Source: Octopus sinensis (Eukaryota). From it: a stretch of 64,000 bases of DNA. Below are positions 24,411 through 36,273 of this stretch, in pieces (within the stretch, counting starts at the first letter, position 1; each line of letters opens with the position of its first letter). Location of the stretch: NCBI RefSeq assembly GCF_006345805.1, contig NC_042999.1, positions 95,790,001 to 95,854,000 on the forward strand. Reading direction: 5' to 3'. Position numbers and translations under genes: made by a program. The notes beneath the pieces are model-generated. The model was given only the letters and a program-made list of their open reading frames with translations. It was not told the DNA's origin and searched no databases.

Positions 24411-26163
24411 AGAAATTAGTATTGAAGAATTTTATATTGGCTGACAAATTGCTCTGTTAAATTTACATTCCATATGCATTATAAAATATCTCTATCTCAA
24501 ATACATATGTCTCTAATTTATGATCTTCAAGTTTAAAATATAGAGCCACAAAAAAATATGTTTTGATTTTCATATATAGAAAAAAATTGTAGTAAGTTTT
24601 ATTTTCATATTTTCTGAAGGTTATCCAATTTAGTAGGGCAAAATTTGTGATGGGTAATTTTTAAAGTTGCTTATGGAGCAATAATCACAAGCAGTGGCAA
24701 AAGTTGTTGTACCACTTAGTAAACTAGCAAACAATAAGTTTATTAAGTTGGCATTTCTGAACTTTCTTTTTCTGTTGGTTTGGTTTCTTTTTTCCTTTTA
24801 AAAATAAAAAGTTTATATTCAACATTTCTGCAAATGCAGTTATTTTAATTTTCACTTGTTTGTATAAATATTTTTATCATGCTTTATAATAATCTTGTTT
24901 ACATAGTCATGTAAGCTACATCAAATTGAATAAACCTTCTTTAAAATATTTAATAAAGTTCTACGGTAATTTTTTATTTGAATATTTTAGCCAATTTTTG
25001 ACAATGGTTTTCTTTCATACATAGCATGAATATCGATCTCCCCATTTAAATTTGCATGTAGAAAAGTGATATTTAGCAGTCACTTATATCATGTATTTAT
25101 GTGATGAGCTGAATACTTTGAAATGGATTAGAGTTTTATTTGTGGCCACAGAAACATTTAAATATAAAGACTACATAGCTTGCAAGTCGATATAGTTGAA
25201 ATGACTGTCTCTTGGCGCTCAGCCTGTTATTTAGAAGAATGTTATCTTTGGCCCCAGGCCAGTTATGCTTCTAGCATTTTACCATTAACTTTAAAGGAAA
25301 AGTTTCTTCTAAATTGCCAGAATTTTATATCAGCAATCAGTTGTATACCTTACCCTGTTTACACATAATCTGTATTTGTAAATTAAAAGGATGAATAAGA
25401 CAATGATAAAGTCTTTGAATATTGATTTATTATATCATGAATAAAAAGAGAAGTTTGATTATTAACCTATAGTTTCTTTCAGGCCAATTTAATTTCAATA
25501 TTAATAAACTTTTTAATGATTTAATCAGCTTCTGATATTCCTTTAGCATTGGGAGTGGGGTGGGGGAATTCCATTACAAATTCAGCAAATAGCAATACAA
25601 TAAATCCTTTTCTATTATTCAAATGCAATCATCTATGTACCAAGAGGGAAACCTCACTAACTCTACTTTTGAACTCAAATTTAAACTAGCTATACCATAA
25701 CTTATCAAACAAGTTACTCTTTCCACATTAAACTTGCATATAAGTAGCATAAAGCAATTGCCTATAACTTGCATCTGTGATGTTACGTTTAATTTACAGT
25801 TCACCTTTAAAAGATTAAATGTTTTCATCCAGTATCTTTTAAAGCATATTGTTAAGCCATTTGATTACAAACCATAAGTTTAAAGTTACTTATAATCATT
25901 GAAAAATATCCATTTTCAAGTGAGCTACATTGTTTTCTTGAGTTTGTCTTTCTGAAAATTTATTCCATTCTTCTGTAGTATGTCTATTTCCTATTGAGAG
26001 AAAACTGTAGATAAAAACTTGCACTGTAGAAACATCCAGATTATCAAAGATTATTCCACTATTGAATGTAAAATGGATGTTACAATTTTTTAAACATAGT
26101 ATGTTTGTATTTCTGAACACAACTTACTACACTCTTATAGTTTATCAAGGAGAGTAGACTAGA

Positions 26164-26187
26164 ATGTCTTCCCTTTGCTGTTTCCAG
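26164..26187 (+). CDS. Candidate short first coding exon, MSSLCCFQ, with a phase-0 donor
   Basis: AGA-ATG (A at -3) and an in-frame TAG upstream at 26155. ATG TCT TCC CTT TGC TGT TTC CAG is followed by GTAAGC. The phase matches the phase-0 acceptor of the 30725 exon. A possible acceptor CTCTTATAG ends at 26140. Confidence 0.5.
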
Positions 26188-29100
26188 GTAAGCATGAAAT
26201 CAAAATCTTTTAGTGGTGACACCTTTAGAATTTTAACTTTTATACTTTTTTGAAAAGTAAGTTAAGTAAAATGAGTATGATTAAGAATCAAAACAAAATC
26301 AAATAAGATCAAAATTCAGCTCACTATTCGCTACTCTTTGCAGCTCATCGCTATATTTGATGTTACGCAAAACAATATATTGCCAATATATTTTCTAGTA
26401 TGCACCATATCTTTATTACCTTAAACTAGTGACTTCAAAATAGTAGCTTCTTTTCAATAAGCATTTGTTTTTTTGTTTTTATTTATTATTTTTTATAAAG
26501 CTGAGATATAACCATTTGAATCTGTTCAAATCAGTACTTATTTTGATCAATCTTAGTAAGATGATGGACAGTTTCTTCTTTTTAATTTTCCATCTTATTT
26601 GCATTTCTATAGAAAAAATATCAACTTTTAGTTATTTGAAGAATTATAGTAACTGGATATACAAAAAATGATAAATAAAAGCTCTTTAGATTAAATAATT
26701 TACTTTCCTTATTTATGATGTGCTATGTCAAGTTAAAACATATCAGAAAAAGAAGATAAGGTCTCACCTGTTAGGATCAAATAGCAGATAAATCTGGTGT
26801 CCTCAGAAGTATTGGATCTTAAGTATTATGGTACCATGGTCTCATTTGTAGGTAGTTTTGATTAGTTCTGGTGAATCATTAATATTATAGTCTTAAAATT
26901 GCAGTCTGTCTATTAACCCACCAGCTATCATTGTCACCATCACTAAGGAGCTATCATTGTCACCATCATAAGGAGGAGGATAACCTCCTCCTTATTTCCT
27001 CCTCATTGTTTTACAAATTCATCCCCATGTTGGCATGAACTGGACAAGTTGTCATGATCCAAATACTTATTTGGAATTACTATCTCCATAGATAGTTTAG
27101 GGAGCATATGTTACTCTTAATGTTTCATTTCTAGATTAGTTTCTACAGCATGGTGCATTTTCTACTACCAGCAACTTCAAACAATATACTGGTTATATTT
27201 CATGACACCAGCACTAGAGAGATTGCCTTGCTCCTAGCAAACCCAAAGAGCCCTCTCAACCCTATGTTATTTCATTTGTTCCTTCACTTGCACTGGAGGA
27301 GTGATCTTGTTCAAAATGAGTAAATAGAGCCCCACTCCTTTTGCATTGTCTTTGTTTCTTCCTTTCTTTCCCAAATAATTGAGAGTGCAGAAAGAAACAT
27401 TTTTCCATCACATCACTAGTGATGGTTATGTAGGTAGTGAAGTGGAAGGGGGAGAAAGTAATAGAACCAGAGTAGTGTGAGCAACAGGGTTATAGAAGAG
27501 AGAGAGTAATGGACAATAATCAGATTAGAGTGAAAGGGTGACAGGAGATGGAGCAACTGAAGAGGAACAGAGTAAATTGAAGGGAGGGTACTAAAAAACA
27601 AAAGATGGAGAGAATGATAGAATAAGACTAAGATAATAAAATTGAGCAAATAAGGAGAGTAAGACAGAGTGATCAAAGGGTAAGAGACCGTGTAGAAGAA
27701 AAACACAATGATGAAAAAGGGAATAAATGGCAGAAAGGGTAGATTGATGGGAAAGAGAGAATGATTGATAAGAAAGTTGTGAAGAGAGGGAGTACAGTAG
27801 ATGGTTGATGGCAAAAAGCTTTAAAAATTATAGAAATGGGCGAGAGACCTAAATGTACTTATTAAACATCCTGACTTCCATTCTAATTAGGATTTTTATG
27901 CCTGTTTTATTTTTGTCTTTTTTATATGCTAATATGTGTTAAGCAGGTCTTTTACTCAATATTTTACCACTTATCATAGACCTTTAACAACTTCTTTGTG
28001 AGATTTGGCCTTTTTGACATACATCTTCACTACTTCTTCCCATGCATTCCTTGGTCTCCCTCCTCCACACATTCTATTCACTTAGAAAACTTGGCTCTCT
28101 TTTATGCAGCTATCTCCCACATACATCACAAATATTCATTTGTATTCCAGCATTTATATATTTCCAGTAGATTCCTTTCTTCCCAGACTTCACAAACCCT
28201 CTGCAGTAATGACCCACATTTTACTATCATATAATATTGCATTTCTTTGATTGAAGAATAGATTCTATGATATGCAAGCATGATACAATTTACTTTCCGA
28301 GAGGTAAATACTTTGTTACCAGCTCCTTGAACTTTTCACCTAATTTTTGCTTTAATAACTGTTTTTAGAAAATTTGCCTCCCTTTCTTATTAGGTCACCT
28401 AGGTAAAAAAAAGTCTATCAGCTACTTCTAAGAACCCTTCTGGGTATTTGAAGAAATCTGTATATGTATATTTATTTACTACTAACCACTATTGTACATT
28501 TGCCACATATATAGTACACCTCTCTCAGCTTGCCTATGATCCTAGTACACCCATCATGCATACATGGTATATACTTGATATACCATAAAGAAAATCAACA
28601 TATTTTTTTTCTGCATACCCACTTTCCCCACAAGCTGTAGGGGTCCTGTCTTCTTTCATATTAATTCAAACATTTTTTTCTTTCTTGGGTTTACTTTGAG
28701 ATATTTTGAGTTGAGGCTTTGTTTCTATATTTGAAATTTCTTTGGCATTTGGGAGTTTCCACAGACAGCTGATTTTAAATTCCTCTCTTTAAGGGCTAAT
28801 AAAATATAATTAACAAGAGGAGGATGAGAGTTGAATCCCAGTGGATGTTTACCTGTATGATAAATCCATTGTTGATCTCATTTCCAACTCTTACCTTGCT
28901 GAAAGCATCTATCTACAATGGCTTGAAAGGTTATTCTCAGTTATTCATCTACATATAGTTTTCATAGAAACAACCTGATTATAGAGCATTATACTCTATC
29001 AAAGGTTTTCTTGGTCAACAATTGCTAGGTAGAGTGATTTAAGTATTTTTTTGTAATTGTCTCACTAGGAAGAGGGCACCAATGGTGCTCTAACCAGGTA

Positions 29101-29364
29101 CAAACCAAAACTAGATCTTGTCCAATATTCTATATATGCAAAATGAAGCAAATAGTAACATTCAGTATTATAATTTTAAAAAATGAATTAGAATATATGG
29201 AATCACTCAATAAATATTTCATTACATTTACTTATTTTTCTAACTTCAGAACTGTAACATTTAGCAATTGAAGTTTCAGTATCAGAAAGAAAATAAAACT
29301 TGAGAGTCTGTAGTATGAATTTTCCCATCATTACATTACTCCCATCATCGTTGTCACTACTGTT

Positions 29365-29468
29365 CATCTCCCTGGTGCAGCCTACCAGCTGACCAGTTTT
29401 CAGTCAAACCATCCAACCCATGCCAGCATGGAAGGTGGATGTTAAACAATGATGATAATGATAATGAA
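29365..29468 (+). mobile_element. Short RTE-type 3' tail
   Basis: CCATCCAACCCATGCCAGCATGGAAGGTGGATGTTAAACAATGATGATAATG. Confidence 0.7.
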
Positions 29469-30724
29469 AATAACTTTAAAAAAGAATACTAAAACTAAAA
29501 TTTGCAACCAAAATCTCAACATTGTTAAATGAATGTTTGAAGTGATTAAATTACTTTGGTTCCCAAATAAATGTTATTACAAAAATATTTCATTGTATTA
29601 AAAAACTTTCTAACTCTGAAAGTTTTCATTTTGTACCATAAGTTTAGAAATGATATAAATCTTTATTTCATGTTGCAGTATATTTTTAGTGGCACTAATC
29701 TATTTCTGTCACATGTTCCTTGTTTGTAATAAAGAATTTTTTCTCATGTCAACTTGTTTTCTTTTAAGAGAAATTTTTCTTAAACAGATTTGTTTCTTTG
29801 TTTCTATTCACTTTTGCTTTGTTTAAATATCTATTTTCTGTGGACAATTATTAGATTTTTTAATATCATTACTTTGATACTTAAAGCTATCATATCTTCT
29901 ATGGTATCATTTATTATTAAATATCATTTAAACAATAAACAATAGTTACCACTTATTACATATCTTTTAAGAATATGTTAGTCTATTTTAGAATTTAGCT
30001 TTGATCCATTATTTCATTATTGTTCATTTCTTGTTTTATTCAAAATGAAGGCTTAAATTTCACATTAAACAATAGAGTACAAATTCTATAGAAATTAAAA
30101 TGAGTTTGAGGATTTTTTTTCTAAATATGTATTCTCTGATTGTATCAAGAGGTTATGACTGAATCATTTTAATATATTATGCTAAGATCTTTTGACATAA
30201 AAATAAGATTTGGTGTCAAGTATATGCTTTCCCATTAATGAAATATGTCAAAAGATAACCTAATTGTTTTACATTATTTCTTTCAAATATTTATAAATAT
30301 AAATTTATTTTCTATTGAAGATGATTTAGTTAATTATAATGTAGCCTTTCTATATAAGGAAGTCAAAACATATGAAATAGAAAAATGCAGCTTAAGTTTT
30401 CTAAAAGTGAATTGTGTTTTATGTGTTTATGCATATGTGTGTGATCATGCACGTGTGTGTGGAACATGATAAAATAATGATAGATAGATAGATCGATAGA
30501 GAAAGAGAGAGAGACTGATATGCACATTTTGATTTTTACACTACCTATTTGTGGCTAAAATATTGAGATTCTTTCAAAACCTACAACTACCATATACCCA
30601 ATACAAGTATTGCATAAGTGTGAAATATATAATGAATTTACAGTTCCAATATTTTATTTAAATTATTGTTGCTATAATTGTTTACTGACAATTTTCTTTT
30701 TCTTTTTTCTTTTCCCTTTTACAG

Positions 30725-31985
30725 CAGAGGCCACAGGCAAAGTTCTCATCAGTTTCCTCTCCAAATTCACCTGTTGCTCAGTCACGACGAGTAATTTCTT
30801 CTCCATTGACCCTGGCCTCCGATGTTAATGCACAAGGCTATGCTTCTGATTCTGATGTTGTGGACTCACATGACTCCCAGTGCTGCCCTCCTTCCTCCTC
30901 CGACGTAGGTGTTCTCAATGAGGCTGCGACCATGCCCAGGATGAAGCACCGCGAGGTGCATGATTCACGTTCACTTCATCGGCCTGCACTATCAAAGCCT
31001 GCATCTGATGTGTCAGTTTATGATAATGTATCATCGTCTCCTGCCCGTCGATCATTGGCTGAAACTGATAGTGCATCCCACACAATGCGACGATCTGATT
31101 CGCCAGCTTCCATGTCCAAACTCACTGAAAGCACGGCAAATGAAGAAAGCAAGGAACGACCCAATTTGGTTACTCTTTCGGAATCCCCCAAGAAAGGGAG
31201 TAGTCATTCTGAACCAGAAACTCCGGAAACATGTACAACTTTTGGACGGGATTTAGCTTGCTCGCCAAAAGATAATAAAATGGTGGAAACAGTCAAGATG
31301 GAAACGGCGTTTGTCGGGGATATTTTCAAAAATCAATCACCTTCATCCAATTCCAGAGGGGGTGCGGGGTATTCGGCCCCTGCAGCTTCAAGTTCTAGTT
31401 CTGCTGTAAGGGCTTCAGCTCCAGCGTCTGGTGGAAAAGGACATGGACGTACCCACCCATCTACGTCCGAATCCCCAGAGTCGGAGTGGCCATCCCCACC
31501 TGAGCCTCTGACCCCGCAGACGCCCAACGTCCCCTTTGACAATATAGACTTTGACAGTGATTCGCTGAGGCGGATGCTTCGATCACTCCCAGTGTCCCCT
31601 ATTGAAAAGGAAGACAACGATCAAGGGTTCCATGAAGATCCCTATATAGATAATAGAGGACAAACACACCACCGACGTTATCCTTCGGTGTCAAGAACAA
31701 AGAGTCTTAACAGTTATGATCGGGGTGGTTCTTCAAAGCCATCGGTGCCGCACCAACCATATTCTGTTGGGTACCCTTGCAGAGATGACTCATTTGTATC
31801 AATGCTCAAGAACACAGATCTGCCAAAATCTAAACAGGCAAAAATGCTTGTGGAATACGAACTTCATTTACGAAACAAGTGTGCCCGTGACAGTTATCCA
31901 GATAGTGGTATTGGAGGGGTTGCATCAGAAACTACTGGTTCATTATGGTCAGGGGATAGCAGCAAATCAGCTGGAGCAAACAAAG
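30725..31985 (+). CDS. Large internal coding exon (1261 nt, 420 codons plus 1 nt) of an unidentified host gene; Ser/Pro-rich, likely intrinsically disordered
   Basis: Branch point TACTGAC at 30683-30689, an about 30-nt pyrimidine tract and CAG at 30724. The frame is open from QRPQAKFSS to SAGANK-G. Donor AAAG|GTAAGC at 31985/31986 (phase 1). GC- and CpG-rich relative to the flanks. No domain recognised. Confidence 0.9.
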
Positions 31986-32849
31986 GTAAGCACATTGCTT
32001 TTACTTTATTCTATTTTGAGACAAAAATCCAGAAAATCAACTTTTAAAATACCTCGATTTCTTTTAAATGTCTAAACAGATTTTTGATGATTTGTTAGGT
32101 TATAATTTTTCAGCTTATTGACTTCATCTGTAGAATGAAATTTTTCTTTTAAATTTAGATCTATACTACATTTCAACCACAAAACATTGCAATTTCTTTA
32201 AGCACTCTTATTTTCAGATTATCCTATTCACATTACACTGTCTTTGATGATTATTGCAATTTCTTTGTCAAAAATTTAACTAAAATCATGAAATTTGCAA
32301 ACATTTGTAATGAGGCAGTATGGCCAAATGGGTTAAAAGTTTCTTTCACAATCATGAAGTCCCAATATCGTGGAAAACTGTCTTTCAGCATAATTTCAGG
32401 GTGAGCCAAACATTGTGTTTAAAATGGATAAAAACAAACTGTGTGGAAGTCTGTCAGTTAAATTATACCTTTTCAGTTATTATTTGTATATTCTTTGTGT
32501 CAAATATAATATCTTTCCTCCTCTTCAATTTATTTCTGTTTTAAAAGTAAACTTAGCTTATATTTTATTTTAACTATAGATTATGTCTTGTTATATTAGT
32601 CTTGGATTTCAGTTTGCTTTTCATCCTCTATAGGTTGATTAATAAAGTAACAGTGGAGTGCTGAGGTTGATTCTTCTTTTCCATTCCCCTCTCACTCTCT
32701 GAATTACACACACACACAGATGCATTATGATAAGAAATTGTGCATGTGCTCTTGAGAAGCTTTCTTACAAGATTATTCTATATATCTGTCTTCAGCTTCA
32801 ATTACTTTTTCAAAGCAGAACCAGAATCATTGAGATACCTGCACTAAAT

Positions 32850-33637
32850 GGTACTTATTTATTTCAGGCATCACTTGCATAATGGCAGCCTTCAGTAAAA
32901 TTATGGTATTATGAGGATATCAGTTAGTCCCCCTTTCAATATTGTTCCAAATGTAGTAATCCAAGGGATTTAAATCTGGCAACTTTGGAGGACACAAGTT
33001 TAGTGTTACATTATCATAAAGATTGTCTGACATCCATTCTTGAGATATGTGGTTTTTGTGAAAAGGTGCTGAGTTTTGTTGAAGTACATATATGGCCTAC
33101 CACTGCATATTTCATCCATCCTGGGATTAACAACTGTCTTCAGTACTTCCACATATCCAGCAGTATTAATTCTAAGACTGGTGGAAAGATGTGAGGTGAC
33201 ATGACCTCACCACTCCTAAAACTATCACAATTGATGGAAACTTAGTGTGCATTACTCTGGAGATATCTGAAGGATCTGCCTGTAACCATCTATCATTTAT
33301 CCTGTTAGATTTTTGGTCTTAATTGAAGCTTTTCTCATTAGAGAAGAACTAATGTGTCATGTTCATGAGCATTTTTATCTTAAGTAACCGCTTGGCATAG
33401 ATCAAACAGTTTTCCCATGTCTTTTCAGATATTAATTGGTCTCTTCTCAGCACATAAGCCTTGTACTGAATATCCTTAAGTACTGCAGTTCTAATAGTCT
33501 ACTGCAACACATGAACCTCTTTGGCGATGGCAGCCATTGATTTTTCAGGAATTCCTACCAGTAATGTTTTGAGCCTGTTGATTTGAAGGGTGTAATATAC
33601 TGATAATTAAGTGGATACAGATAATGTTCACATTTTG
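32850..33637 (-). mobile_element. Older degenerate Tc1/mariner (DD37D-like) copy
   Basis: Minus strand reads CPPKLPDLNPLDYYIWN (WPPNSPDLNPLDY motif) near 32950-32990. A TIR-like end TA-CAAAATGTGAACATTATCTGTATCCAC lies at about 33637. Confidence 0.6.
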
Positions 33638-33923
33638 TATATATTATTAGTTATATGTCCATTAGTCAGAAATAAAAGCACACACGATATAAATATTAGA
33701 GTGGATATATTTTCATTTCATCATGACATATTTTAGTCTTTATAACAGTCAAAAGTAAAAGAAAACTGAATATAAAGTAAATGAAAGAATATTGTTTTGT
33801 GACAATGGTTAGCACATAACCAGCAGAAACATTCTGATCAGTCATATACCAAAACCAATAGTATATTGTTTGATGTCTGATCTCTCTCTCTCATGCGCGC
33901 ACACACACACACATACACACACA

Positions 33924-34749
33924 CAGGGTGCAGTGGGTAAATTGTTGCCATTTTATATTTTTAATTTTACACATTGTTTTTGATTTTGTTGACTGCACAA
34001 TATAGTAGGGTCAATTGGGCATTGTCTGTGAGAAAAACAGCACCACAATGCAATTCACTCTGCCAGAAATTTCAGAACAGCATGCTGAACTTTTTGGCAT
34101 TCATGCCAGAAGCTCCAATATGAACATTTCACAGTGTATGAGTGTCAATCTGAAGACCATGCAATCTCAGGACATGTACCGTGAGTAATAAAACTCAAAA
34201 TCCAGTCATCATCATGCTGTTTGGAATGATCACCAGTGATGGTGATGTTATGCCTCTATTCATCTTCCCACACAGTCTCAGATTCAACACGGAGGCCTAC
34301 ATGTAGTGCCTGGAGGAGGTAGTGCTGCCCTGGGTCAAGAGGGTGGCTGCTGAAAGACCCTATGTCTGGCAACAGGACTCTGCACCATGCCACACAAGCA
34401 GGAGAACCCAGTCATGGCTGTTAGACAATTTCTGCAACCACATCACCCCTAACATCTAGCCACCTAATTCCCCAGACTGCAACCCCCTTGATTATTATGT
34501 GTAAGATAAACTGAAGGCAAGGCTTATGGCAACATTCACCAAATTAAACAAGGAGACAATTCAGAAGAGTTGCTGGAGATTCCGAAGTCATCTGGAGGCT
34601 GTGGTTGAAGCCAATGGCAATTTTATGGAGTAAATTTACTCTTCAGTATTTCAGTTATGTAATCTTGGTAAACATATCTGTTAAAATGAGATGTCATTGT
34701 TATTTTCATTTTTGTGTAATTTAGGTGACAGTTTATTCATAACACTCTG
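33924..34749 (+). mobile_element. Internally deleted Tc1/mariner DD37D element
   Basis: Starts CAGGGTGCAGTGGGTAAATTG and ends ...AACACTCTG|TA. YVWQQDSAPCHTSRRTQSWLLDNFCNHITPNI*PPNSPDCNPLDYY has exactly 37 residues between the 2nd and 3rd Asp. Confidence 0.9.
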
Positions 34750-35112
34750 TATATTGAATTAAAAGCAACTCTAGGAATGTAAATATTATTGGTTGCCCAT
34801 ACATCATGTATGTGTTTTGTTTATATGTCAAACTTTATGCAAAATAGCATCTAGAGAAAGCTCACTACATGACACTGAGTATTAAAAAAATACCAAATGC
34901 CCCAGACCAAGTGATACAACTCACACTGAATGACCAAGAATGGTAAATACTAATATTTTGCCATTGTTGTCACTTATCAATACCATGTACTCAGATCATC
35001 TCAAAATGAAAGAAATCACTGGTCTGGAACTTACATGAAAATAGAGTGAAGTCTATTTGCTAATGTGCTGTGGCATAACACATGTAAAATAAAATGAAAT
35101 TATGAATTAAAA

Positions 35113-36106
35113 GCAAAAAAAGCCAGTATGCTTCGCTGGATAAGCAATGTCAGTGTGCATTTTCGACAGAGTGTGAGCATCTTGAGAGTAAAGTTAAACA
35201 TAAGAGGTATCAGATATGGTGTGCAAGAGAGACAACTGCACTTGTATGGTTATGTGATGCATATGGATGAAGACAGTTGTGTAAAGAAGTGCTAATCTCT
35301 AACTGTGGATAGGACCTGTGGTAGAGGTAGACCTAAGAAGACATGGGATCCACTGGTGAAGCATGGCCTTCAAACTTTGAACCTCACAGAGGCAATGACT
35401 AGTGACCGAGATCTTTGGTGGTGTGCTCTGTTTAAGAGGACCCATCAAGCCAGGTGCATCTGTGCTAGTGGCACGTAAAAAAAATCAACCTCTGAATATT
35501 GGGCCTCACCAAGGCAAAGTGGCTGAGTACCCTTCGAGTGTTGGGCCTGATGGTTCTTTTTGAGCATGGTCTCATGGAGGTGAGATGGCTGTGTTCTTTT
35601 TGAGTGGGCCTCATGGAGGTGAGGTGGCTGAGTTCCTTTCAAGCAGACCTCATGGAGGTGAGGTAGCTGAGTTCCTTTCAAGCAGACCTCATGAAGGTGA
35701 GGTGGCTGATTTCCTTTTGAATAGGCCTCACAGAGGCAAGGTGGTTGAGTTCCATTTGAGGATTGGGCCTCATGAAGGCAAAATGGCTGAGCTCCTTTTG
35801 AGTGTTGGGCTTCACAGAGGCAATGACCAAGACCTTTGACCTTATGTCATACTTAAGAAGAAGACTCATCAAGCCATGCAAAATTGCAGTCATGGCAGAT
35901 ACTGGTGTCACACAAATGGCACCTGTGCTGGTGGCACGTAAAAGCACCCATTATTCCCTCGAAGTGGTTGGTGTAAGGAAGGGTATCCAACTGTAGAAAA
36001 CCCTGCCAAATCAGACTGGATCCTGGCACAGTCTTGCCAGCATATCAGCTCAGTGAAACCGTCCAACCCATGCCAGCATAGACAATGGACATTAAATGAT
36101 GATGAT
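35113..36106 (+). mobile_element. 5'-truncated RTE LINE with a 39-42 bp VNTR and a duplicated ORF end
   Basis: ASMLRWISNVSVH..VQERQLHLYGYVMHMDEDSCVKKC..GRGRPKKTW. The VNTR spans about 35495-35820 (13/14-aa repeats RPHGGEVAEFLSS). Tail CCAACCCATGCC..ATTAAATGATGATGAT. Same layout as 601-1660. Confidence 0.85.
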
Positions 36107-36127
36107 ATATGTATTATTATTATTGTT

Positions 36128-36265
36128 CATTATTTACATTTGACGGATATTTGTCCTCCCCAAGACACCTGATGAAGGCTGGAGGATATAATCAGCCAAA
36201 ACATTGTTAACAACAAATACCATGTAACTGTAAATAATGTAAATAATGTCTCATCTCTTAAATAT
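36128..36265 (+). repeat. Penelope pLTR-like fragment with a partial hammerhead motif and an inversion junction
   Basis: CTGATGA (36169), GGCTG/CAGCC stem, then AAAAC. A 13-bp inverted repeat joins 36128-36140 and 36236-36248. Confidence 0.5.
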
Positions 36266-36273
36266 AGAACTGC

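Noticed and set aside
27416-27830. Long purine/pyrimidine-skewed tracts (also about 4860-5220, 45090-45430, 50730-50940, 54490-54780) with hydrophobic ORFs
   Set aside because: The skew explains the open frames. They are probably decayed Penelope 3' regions or simple repeats, but I cannot prove a family by eye.
30806-32047. Treating the 413-aa ORF as a single-exon gene starting at TTG 30806
   Set aside because: The frame is open back to a strong acceptor at 30724, and a consensus donor at 31986 precedes the stop. The last 20 codons are intronic.
30960-32075. Overlapping ORFs 30960..31256 (+), 31333..31617 (-) and 31716..32075 (+) as dual-coding genes
   Set aside because: These are expected shadow frames of a GC-richer, Ser/Pro-rich exon and have no independent signals.
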